Shown in pieces: positions 28,700 through 35,431 of a DNA stretch of 64,000 nt. Positions within the stretch are counted from its first letter, which is position 1. Every line of letters begins with the position of its first letter. The stretch is from positions 129,054 through 193,053 of the forward strand of contig JAPLCF010000036.1 of assembly GCA_026392355.1 (NCBI GenBank). The letters run 5' to 3'. The stretch is from Actinomycetota bacterium (GTDB lineage Bacteria > Actinomycetota > Thermoleophilia > Gaiellales > F1-60-MAGs149). The notes beneath the pieces were generated by a model. That model was not told where the DNA came from. It did not search any database and saw only the letters and a program-made list of their open reading frames with translations. Both the position numbers and the translations under genes were made by a program.

Positions 28700-30022
28700 A
28701 TGCATGACGTCATCGTGATCGGCGCCGGCTTTGCCGGTTGCTCCGCGGCCCGCGAGGTACGTCGAGCCGGCAAGACGCCACTGCTCCTCGAGGCGCGCGA
28801 CCGCATTGGCGGCCGCACGTGGACCTCGGACTGGGATGGCCAGCGGTTCGAGCGCGGCGGTAACTACTTTCACTGGTTCCAGCCCCACCTCTGGACCGAG
28901 GTCATGGCCGCCGGCGTCACGCCGCTCGCGCCGCCCACCGGCGACCCCGTGCACTGGACCGTCAATGAGCAACTCCGTAGCGGCACCCGCGCCGAGCGCG
29001 AGGCCATCAACGAGTCTGCCTGGAACAAGTACAACGCGGGCTCGTGGGAGATCCTCCCCGAGCCGCACGCACCCCTGCGCCACCCCGACCGCATCGCCCG
29101 GCTCGACGCCATGACGATCCAGGAACGGATCGACGAGCTCGACCTGACCGACGATGAGCGCGCGCTCCTGATGGTGGAGTGCGAGGGCGTGGCGAGCGGA
29201 CACCTCAACGATGCCGGCGCCCTCTCGGTGATGCGCTGGCATGCGCTGTCTGGACACACGCTGGCTGGCACGCAAGAGGCTGCAGGCGGCTACACGATCG
29301 CCGAGGGCACGCTCGCCTTCCTGCAGCCGATCCTCGACGCCGCCGCCTGCGAGTTGCGACTCGAGGCGCCGATCGAGGCCATCGAGCAGGAGGACGACCG
29401 CGTCGTCGTCACGCTGCGGTCCGGCGAGGCGCTGGCAGCCCGCGCGTGCGTCGTGACTGTGCCGCTCAACGCGCTCGGGGCGATCCGCTTCGAGCCAGGC
29501 CTGTCAGAGGTGAAGCGGTCGGGCATTGCTCTCGGACAGGCGGGCATTGGCAGCAAGGTGATGCTCAAGGTGCGCACGTCCGGCGGCCCGGTCTCGGGCA
29601 TGCACCCGAATCACCCCTTCGGCTTCCTCGGCACGATCTTCGATCTGCCCGGCGACGAGCAGATCCTTGTGTGCTTCGGCCACGACGGTGACGAGATCGT
29701 CGATGGCGACCTCGCCTGGGCGCAGCGCGAGCTCGACCGGGCGATCCCCGGCTGCGAGGTGATCGGCATGAATTACCACGACTGGAAGTCCGATGAGTTC
29801 TCGCAGGGCACCTGGGGCGTGCACCGCCCAGGCTGGTACACGACCCACCACGCCGAGATGCAGCGCCCAGAGGGTCGCGTGATCCTCTCCAACTCCGACG
29901 CTGGGCAGGCTTCGTCGATGGGGCGATCGAGTCGGGCACGCACGGTGGCCGCTGGGCGGCCGCGCAGATGTAGTCCGAACCTTTTCCAGACCATAACCAG
30001 ACCAATTTGCAATTTGGTCTGA
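28700..30022 (+). CDS. Flavin-containing amine oxidase (MAO/putrescine oxidase-like) with an apparent C-terminal frameshift
   Basis: MHDVIVIGAGFAGCSAAREV...LEARDRIGGR N-terminus. After ...ILSNSD (about 29899) the conserved C-terminus WAGFVDGAIESGTHGGRWAAAQM* is encoded in another frame, ending at 29973. Confidence 0.7.
   Translation: MHDVIVIGAGFAGCSAAREVRRAGKTPLLLEARDRIGGRTWTSDWDGQRFERGGNYFHWFQPHLWTEVMAAGVTPLAPPTGDPVHWTVNEQLRSGTRAEREAINESAWNKYNAGSWEILPEPHAPLRHPDRIARLDAMTIQERIDELDLTDDERALLMVECEGVASGHLNDAGALSVMRWHALSGHTLAGTQEAAGGYTIAEGTLAFLQPILDAAACELRLEAPIEAIEQEDDRVVVTLRSGEALAARACVVTVPLNALGAIRFEPGLSEVKRSGIALGQAGIGSKVMLKVRTSGGPVSGMHPNHPFGFLGTIFDLPGDEQILVCFGHDGDEIVDGDLAWAQRELDRAIPGCEVIGMNYHDWKSDEFSQGTWGVHRPGWYTTHHAEMQRPEGRVILSNSDAGQASSMGRSSRARTVAAGRPRRCSPNLFQTITRPICNLV
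29986..30021. promoter_or_regulatory. Candidate HutC/GntR operator array: CCAGACCA-taa-CCAGACCA plus a 24-bp near-palindrome CAGACCAAtTTGCAAtTTGGTCTG
   Basis: AT-rich patch 40-75 nt upstream of the first BMC-operon gene. The palindrome pairs at 11 of 12 positions. The half-site resembles DasR/HutC-type TGGTCT/AGACCA boxes. Confidence 0.5.
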
Positions 30023-30061
30023 TATTCGGTACCTTCCGGTCCGTACCCTCGGAAGGCATCG

Positions 30062-31354
30062 ATGTACGACTACGGATTCTTCTCGTACGACTCGAAGGCG
30101 GACATGCTGGAGCGCTCCCGCGCGTTCTGGAATCCCGACAAGACCGACTTCTGGCAGGACGCCGGCATCGACCTCGTGATCGATCGCCGCGAGGGCTACT
30201 ACCTCTGGGACATGGCTGGCCGCCGCCTGATCGACGTGCACCTCAACGGCGGCACGTACAACCTCGGCCACCGCAACCCCGAGCTAATCGCCACGCTCGA
30301 GCAGGCCATGCAGCACTTCGACATGGGCAACCATCACTTCCCGTCGCTCGCGCGCACCGCACTGGCCGAGGCGCTCGTCAAGACGTGCGCCCCGAACATG
30401 CGCCGCGTGATCTACGGCGCCGCGGGCGGCGAGGCGATCGACATCGCGATCAAGACGGCGCGTCACACCAAGCAGCGTCGCAAGATCGTCTCGCTGATCA
30501 AGGCGTACCACGGCCACACCGGCCTCGCCGTCGGCACGGGTGACGACCGCTTCTCGAAGCTCTTCCTCGCAGACCACCCCGAGGAGTTCATCAACGTCCC
30601 GTTCAACGATCTCAACGCGATGGAAGACGCGCTCAAGGGCCGCGACGTCGCCGGCGTGTTGATCGAGTCGATTCCCGCGACGTACGGCTTCCCACTCCCC
30701 GAGCCCGGCTACCTCCAGGGCGTCAAGCGCCTCTGCGAGCAGTACGACACGCTCTACATCGCCGACGAAGTGCAGACCGGCCTGATGCGCACGGGCGAGA
30801 TGTGGTGCATCTCGAAGTCGGGCGTCGAGCCGGACATCATGGTCATCGGCAAGGGCATCTCCGGCGGCATGTACCCGCTCTCGTGCGTCGTCGTCTCCGA
30901 GGAGTGCTCGGCCTGGCTCAAGGAGGACGGCTTCGGCCACATCACCACGGTCGGCGGTTCGGAACTCGGCTGCATCGTCGGGATGAAGGTCCTCGAGATC
31001 TGCGGCCGGCCCGAGGTGCGCTCGATGGTGCACTACATGGCCGAGCGCTTCCAGCAGGGCCTGCGCCAGATCCAGGAGATCTACCCCGACTGGTTCGTCG
31101 GCATCCGCCAGGACGGCGTCGTGATTGGCCTCGAGTTCAACCATCCCACCGGCGCGAAGATCGTGATGAAGCATCTTTACGCGCACGGCATCTGGGCGAT
31201 CTTCTCCACGCTCGATCCGCGCGTCCTGCAGTACAAGCCCGGCATCCTGCTGAGCCCCGAGCTGGTCGACGAGATCCTCGACCGCACGGAGATCGCCATT
31301 GGCAAGGCCTACGCCGAGTGGAAGTCCATGTCGCGCCAGGCGGTGACGGCATGA
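30062..31354 (+). CDS. Class-III aminotransferase-fold PLP enzyme (candidate amino-alcohol O-phosphate phospho-lyase of the BMC pathway)
   Basis: 430 aa with DEVQTGLMRTG and the VIGKGISGG PLP-lysine region. First gene of the BMC operon, ATGA-coupled to the aldehyde dehydrogenase. Confidence 0.8.
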   Translation: MYDYGFFSYDSKADMLERSRAFWNPDKTDFWQDAGIDLVIDRREGYYLWDMAGRRLIDVHLNGGTYNLGHRNPELIATLEQAMQHFDMGNHHFPSLARTALAEALVKTCAPNMRRVIYGAAGGEAIDIAIKTARHTKQRRKIVSLIKAYHGHTGLAVGTGDDRFSKLFLADHPEEFINVPFNDLNAMEDALKGRDVAGVLIESIPATYGFPLPEPGYLQGVKRLCEQYDTLYIADEVQTGLMRTGEMWCISKSGVEPDIMVIGKGISGGMYPLSCVVVSEECSAWLKEDGFGHITTVGGSELGCIVGMKVLEICGRPEVRSMVHYMAERFQQGLRQIQEIYPDWFVGIRQDGVVIGLEFNHPTGAKIVMKHLYAHGIWAIFSTLDPRVLQYKPGILLSPELVDEILDRTEIAIGKAYAEWKSMSRQAVTA

Positions 31355-32877
31355 GCATGATCGAGCTGGAGCGCCGCGATCCTCCCGGGGCCGCCCGCGC
31401 CGCGATGATGCTGCAGCGCGCCCACTGGGCCGCCGAGACCTTCGCGCGCTATGACCGCACCCGCGTCGTGCGCATCCTTGACGCCGTCGCCGAGGCCGCC
31501 GAGGCCCACGCCGAGCGCTATGCCGAGGAGGCCGTTGCCGAGACCGGCATGGGCGTCGTCGAGCACAAGGTCCTTAAGAACCGCATGCTCTCACGCGGCC
31601 TCTGGGACCACTATCGCGATCACGATTTCGTGAGCCCGCGCATCGACCACGACGCCAAGATCCTCGAGCTGCCCCGCCCCGCCGGCGTGATCTTCGCGCT
31701 CACGCCCGTCACGAACCCCGTCGCCACCGTGTACTTCAAGGTGATGCTCGCCCTGATGACGCGCAACGCGATCGTCGTGAGCCCGCATCCCGGTGCCAAG
31801 CACGTCTGCGCCGACGCCGTCCGCATGCTGTCCGACGCCGCCGTCCGCGCCGGCGCCCCTGACGGCTGCATCCAGATTGTCGAAGAGCCCTCGATCCCGC
31901 TGATCGAGGCGCTGATGACCGACCCGACGACCGACGTCGTCGTGGCGACCGGCGGTGGCGCCGTCGTGCGCGCCGCGTATCGCTCGGGCAATCCCGCCCT
32001 CGGCGTGGGTCCTGGCAACGTGCCCTCGTTCGTCGACGCCACGGCCGACATCGCTGCGGCCGCGCGGCACATCATCGACTCCAAGTCGTTCGACCACTCC
32101 ATCCTCTGCACCAACGAGTCGGTCGTGATCGTCGAAGAGGAGGTCGCCGACCAGCTCGAGCGCGAGCTGCGCAAGCACGGCGGCCACATCGTCGACGCCA
32201 GCGAGGTTGAGCAGGTGCGCGAGCACCTCTTCCCCAACGGCCACATGCGCCTCGACCTGATCGGCAAGAGCGCACTCGAGCTGGCCGAGGCCGCGCAGCT
32301 GAAGGTGCCCGCGAACACGCGCGTGCTGATCGCACCGTTCTCGCTCGTCGTCCCCGAGGAGCCGCTGGCGCACGAGAAGCTGTTCCCGCTGCTGGGCCTC
32401 GTCCGCGTGCCCAATACGCGCGCCGGCATCTCGGCCGCCCAGGCGATGCTGCGCATCACCGGCGCCGGCCACTCGGCCTCGATCCACTCGCGCAGCGCAC
32501 GGACGATCATGGCCTACGGCGCCGCGGTCAAGGTCCTGCGCGTGTCGGTCAACGTCGGCAACAGCCTCGGCTCGGCCGGCGCACTGACGAACCTCTCGCC
32601 CACGATGACGATCGGCACCGGCTTCTACGGCCGCTCGTCGGTTGGCGAGAACCTCGAGCCGCGCCACCTGATCAACCTGATGCGCGTCGCGTACAACGCC
32701 GACGCCTCCGTGCCCTTCGACGACTTCACCGGCCTTGAGCCGTGGGTCCTCGAGGCGGCCGCCACACCCATCGCCGCGCCCGTCGAGCACGCGCCGGCCG
32801 CACCCGAAACCGACCTGCTGCGCGAGGAGATCCGCAAGGTGATCCTCGAGGAGCTCAAGGAGCTGACCCGTCAGTGA
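31351..32877 (+). CDS. CoA-acylating aldehyde dehydrogenase (PduP/EutE-like) with C-terminal encapsulation-peptide-like helix
   Basis: Start is at Met184 of track ORF 30802..32877. The catalytic region has FDHSILCTNE. The tail is an Ala/Pro linker plus the amphipathic DLLREEIRKVILEELKELTRQ. Confidence 0.85.
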   Translation: MSMIELERRDPPGAARAAMMLQRAHWAAETFARYDRTRVVRILDAVAEAAEAHAERYAEEAVAETGMGVVEHKVLKNRMLSRGLWDHYRDHDFVSPRIDHDAKILELPRPAGVIFALTPVTNPVATVYFKVMLALMTRNAIVVSPHPGAKHVCADAVRMLSDAAVRAGAPDGCIQIVEEPSIPLIEALMTDPTTDVVVATGGGAVVRAAYRSGNPALGVGPGNVPSFVDATADIAAAARHIIDSKSFDHSILCTNESVVIVEEEVADQLERELRKHGGHIVDASEVEQVREHLFPNGHMRLDLIGKSALELAEAAQLKVPANTRVLIAPFSLVVPEEPLAHEKLFPLLGLVRVPNTRAGISAAQAMLRITGAGHSASIHSRSARTIMAYGAAVKVLRVSVNVGNSLGSAGALTNLSPTMTIGTGFYGRSSVGENLEPRHLINLMRVAYNADASVPFDDFTGLEPWVLEAAATPIAAPVEHAPAAPETDLLREEIRKVILEELKELTRQ

Positions 32878-33494
32878 GTAACGCAACCGCCGTCGAGCTC
32901 CGCTCCTGCATCTACCTCGATCAGCTGCAGCCGCAGACCATGTGTTACCTCGGCTCCTGGATCAAGGGCCGCCTGCCGCGCGCCGGCATGGCCGCCCAGA
33001 TCATCGAGGTCGCACCGGGTCTCGACATCGAGGCACTCACCGACGTCGCGCTCAAGCACGACCGCGTCGAGGCCGGCATCCTGTTCGTCGAGCGCACCTT
33101 CGGCTACCTCGAGATGCACTCGCTCTCGCCCGCCGCCGTCAAGTCGGCCACCAGCGCCGTGCTCGACGCGCTCGACCTGTCGGGTCGCGACTCGATCAAG
33201 CCGAAGATCCTGGCCAAGAAGGTCATCTCGCGCGTCGACGGCCAGCACGCCTTCCTGATCAACCGCAACAAGATCGGCTCGATGCTCCTGCCGGGTGAGT
33301 CGCTGTTCGTACTCGAATGCCAGCCCGCCTCGTACGCGATCCTCGCGACGAACGAGGCCGAGAAGGCCGCCGACATCAAGGTGATCGACTACCGCATGAT
33401 CGGCGCCACCGGCCGCGTCTACCTGTCCGGCGAGGAGGCCAACGTCCGCGCTGCGGGCGAGGCCGCCGTCGCAGCGCTGGAGGCAATCGCGTGA
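32874..33494 (+). CDS. BMC shell protein, tandem BMC-domain (BMC-T-like), paralog 1
   Basis: 206 aa with a GTGA-coupled start. Two BMC-like halves are visible (AAQIIEVAPGLDIEALTDVALK... and SLFVLECQPASYAILATNEAEKAADIKVI...GRVYLSGEEANVRAAGEAA). Confidence 0.7.
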   Translation: MSNATAVELRSCIYLDQLQPQTMCYLGSWIKGRLPRAGMAAQIIEVAPGLDIEALTDVALKHDRVEAGILFVERTFGYLEMHSLSPAAVKSATSAVLDALDLSGRDSIKPKILAKKVISRVDGQHAFLINRNKIGSMLLPGESLFVLECQPASYAILATNEAEKAADIKVIDYRMIGATGRVYLSGEEANVRAAGEAAVAALEAIA

Positions 33495-34060
33495 GCGAAG
33501 CCCCCGTCAACGAGAGCACCGAGATGCACGCGGCGCTGAAGACTGCGCTTGCCGAGCTCCTGCCCGACATGCTGCGCGAGCATCAGGCGGCTCCGGTCGC
33601 CCAGGTGCCTGCACCGCCCGTCGCGCAGACGCTGCGCCCGAGCACCTGGCACCCGTCGCAGCAGGCGCCCGATCCGGCGGGCAACGCCGCTCCCGCCCCC
33701 GCTGCCGCACCGGCCGCCGGGGGCGCCGTCGAGCAGGTGCGTCTCAAGGACGACCGCGACCTCGACACGTTCGTGCGCTCGCTGGCACGCCGCCTCGAGC
33801 ACCCGGCCGAGCGCGCCGCGATTGCCGCGGGCCACATCCGCTTCACCATGACGGGCCACGGCACACCTGCCGCCGCGCCTGCACCCGCCACGAGCGGTAC
33901 CGAGCGCATCGAGCGCGGTGCCGTCACCGAGCGCATCATCGAGCGCGCCGCCGAAAACGGTGGCGTCCTCGTGCTCGGCCCCAAGGCCGTGCTCACGCCG
34001 ATGGGCAAAGATCGCGCCCGCGCACTCGGCGTCCAGATCCAGAGGGAGGCAGCATGCTGA
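33491..34060 (+). CDS. BMC-associated hypothetical protein (N-terminal amphipathic helix, Pro/Ala linker, small C-terminal domain)
   Basis: 189 aa. GTGA-coupled upstream, and its end overlaps the BMC-P start by 7 nt. Contains MHAALKTALAELLPDMLRE, then a P/A-rich stretch, then ...GAVTERIIERAAENGGVLVLGPKAVLTPMGKDRARALGVQI. Confidence 0.6.
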   Translation: MSEAPVNESTEMHAALKTALAELLPDMLREHQAAPVAQVPAPPVAQTLRPSTWHPSQQAPDPAGNAAPAPAAAPAAGGAVEQVRLKDDRDLDTFVRSLARRLEHPAERAAIAAGHIRFTMTGHGTPAAAPAPATSGTERIERGAVTERIIERAAENGGVLVLGPKAVLTPMGKDRARALGVQIQREAAC

Positions 34061-34293
34061 AAGGCACCGTGACCGGATCCGTGTGGTCGACCAAGCGCGT
34101 CGACGATATGCCACACGGAGCGTTTCTTGAGGTAGAGCTCGAAGGCGGCGCCTCGATCGTCGCGTTCGACATTCTCGGCTCGGGGGTCGGCGAGCGGGTC
34201 CTCGTCGCCACCGGCTCTGTCGCCGCCGCGCGGTTTGCGCCGGCCCACCCGCCGATCGATGCACTGATCGTCGGCCTGATCGACCAGTCCTAG
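34054..34293 (+). CDS. BMC vertex pentamer protein (BMC-P; EutN/CcmL/PduN family)
   Basis: 79 aa: MLKGTVTGSVWSTKRV...VAFDILGSGVGERVLVATGSVAA...IDALIVGLID matches the EutN/CcmL pattern. Confidence 0.85.
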   Translation: MLKGTVTGSVWSTKRVDDMPHGAFLEVELEGGASIVAFDILGSGVGERVLVATGSVAAARFAPAHPPIDALIVGLIDQS

Positions 34294-34341
34294 ACCCACA
34301 TTCATCACGCACGTCCAGTTCGAGATCCAAGGAGGGATCAC

Positions 34342-34617
34342 ATGTCTGAAGCACTCGGAATGATCGAGACCAAGGGGTACGTCGCCGCACTCGCCGCCGC
34401 GGACGCCATGGTCAAGGCCGCCAACGTGACCATCGTCGGTCGCGAGGAGGTCGGTGACGGGCTCGTCGCCGTCGTCATCCAGGGCGACGTCGGTGCCGTC
34501 AAGGCTGCCACGGAGGCCGGCTCGGAGACCGCTGCAACGGTCGGCGAGCTCGTGTCCGCGCACGTCATCCCGCGCCCGCACGCCGAGCTCGGCAAGCACT
34601 TCACGGCCGGCAAGTAA
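34342..34617 (+). CDS. BMC shell hexamer protein (BMC-H; PduA/EutM/CcmK-like)
   Basis: 91 aa: [31 protein letters not shown]...[13 protein letters not shown] is the canonical BMC domain. AAGGAGGG RBS lies upstream. Confidence 0.95.
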   Translation: MSEALGMIETKGYVAALAAADAMVKAANVTIVGREEVGDGLVAVVIQGDVGAVKAATEAGSETAATVGELVSAHVIPRPHAELGKHFTAGK

Positions 34618-34627
34618 GGAGCACCCG

Positions 34628-35272
34628 ATGGCCGGACCGGATATCGAACTGCGCGTCTACCTCCCCATCCCCGAGCTGCGTCGGCAGTTCGCGGCCTACA
34701 TGGGGACGCCGACGCGCGCTCGTGGCTACCCGCCGATGGAGGGCGAGCACGCTCTCATCGTCGAGGTCGCTCCCGGTCTGGCCATCGAGCGCGTTATCGA
34801 CCTCGCGCTCAAGGCCGTGCCTGAGGTCGAGCCCGGCATCCTCTTCGTGGAGCGCCAGTTCGGCGTCCTCGAGCTGCATGCCAAGGACGCGGAGACGGTT
34901 GAGCGCGCCGGTGCGGCGATTCTCGCCGGCATCAACGCCGAGCCGTCGCATCAGCTGAAGCCCCGCATCCTCTACTCGGATGTGATCGAGGACATCACCG
35001 ATCAGCACGCGGTGATCGTCAACCGCAACCGCCAGGCCTCGATGGTCCTGCCGGGCGAGTCGCTGCTCGTCTACGAGATGGCACCCGCACTGTTCGCAGC
35101 CATGGCAGCCAACGAGGCCGAGCGCGTCGCCCCGGACGTCACGGTCGTCGATATCGCGATGATCGGTGCGACCGGTCGCATCTACATGAGCGGCAAGACC
35201 GAGAGCGTCCTCAAGGCCCGCGACGAGATCACGCGCGTACTTGAGGCCGTCGTCGGCCGCGACCACGGATAG
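34628..35272 (+). CDS. BMC shell protein, tandem BMC-domain (BMC-T-like), paralog 2
   Basis: 214 aa, colinear with the 32874..33494 product (IELRVYLP...ALIVEVAPGLAIERVIDLALK...SLLVYEMAPALFAAMAANEAERVAPDV...GRIYMSGKTESVLKARDEI). AAGGAG RBS. Confidence 0.7.
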   Translation: MAGPDIELRVYLPIPELRRQFAAYMGTPTRARGYPPMEGEHALIVEVAPGLAIERVIDLALKAVPEVEPGILFVERQFGVLELHAKDAETVERAGAAILAGINAEPSHQLKPRILYSDVIEDITDQHAVIVNRNRQASMVLPGESLLVYEMAPALFAAMAANEAERVAPDVTVVDIAMIGATGRIYMSGKTESVLKARDEITRVLEAVVGRDHG

Positions 35273-35273
35273 G

Positions 35274-35370
35274 TGCTCCGAAGGGGTCAGACCCTTTTGG
35301 AGCATCGCATCATTGCGGTCTATTTCAGCGTCGTCCGGATGCTCCAAAAGGGTCTGACCCCTTCGGAGCA
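35274..35370. repeat. MITE/REP-like palindromic element, copy A (perfect 33-bp arms, 31-nt spacer)
   Basis: TGCTCCGAAGGGGTCAGACCCTTTTGGAGCATC ... GATGCTCCAAAAGGGTCTGACCCCTTCGGAGCA. It begins 1 nt after the BMC-T2 stop codon and is related to the element at 57877..57980. Confidence 0.75.
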
Positions 35371-35371
35371 T

Positions 35372-35391
35372 CGGTCTGGTCGAACAGACCG
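35372..35391. promoter_or_regulatory. Second GGTCTG/CAGACC palindrome: CGGTCTG-gtcgaa-CAGACCG
   Basis: 7-bp perfect inverted arms 40 nt upstream of the kinase gene. It shares the half-site with the 29986..30021 array. Confidence 0.4.
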
Positions 35392-35431
35392 GATACCCAT
35401 ATACTCCTGCCCCTGAGGAGAGGTGGAGCCC

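Noticed and set aside
27997-28818. 273-aa minus-strand ORF overlapping 28015..28644
   Set aside because: The + strand frame has CxxC pairs, a DUF2325-like block and a sensible GTG start just after the upstream stop. The minus-strand frame would also run into the amine oxidase promoter and start region.
30062-35272. Classifying the BMC as Pdu, Eut, GRM or a carboxysome
   Set aside because: No diol or glycerol dehydratase, EutBC, glycyl-radical enzyme, RuBisCO or carbonic anhydrase is present. No phosphotransacylase (PduL/Pta) or alcohol dehydrogenase is adjacent. The kinase, aminotransferase-fold enzyme and SDR fit the RMM/AAUM type instead.
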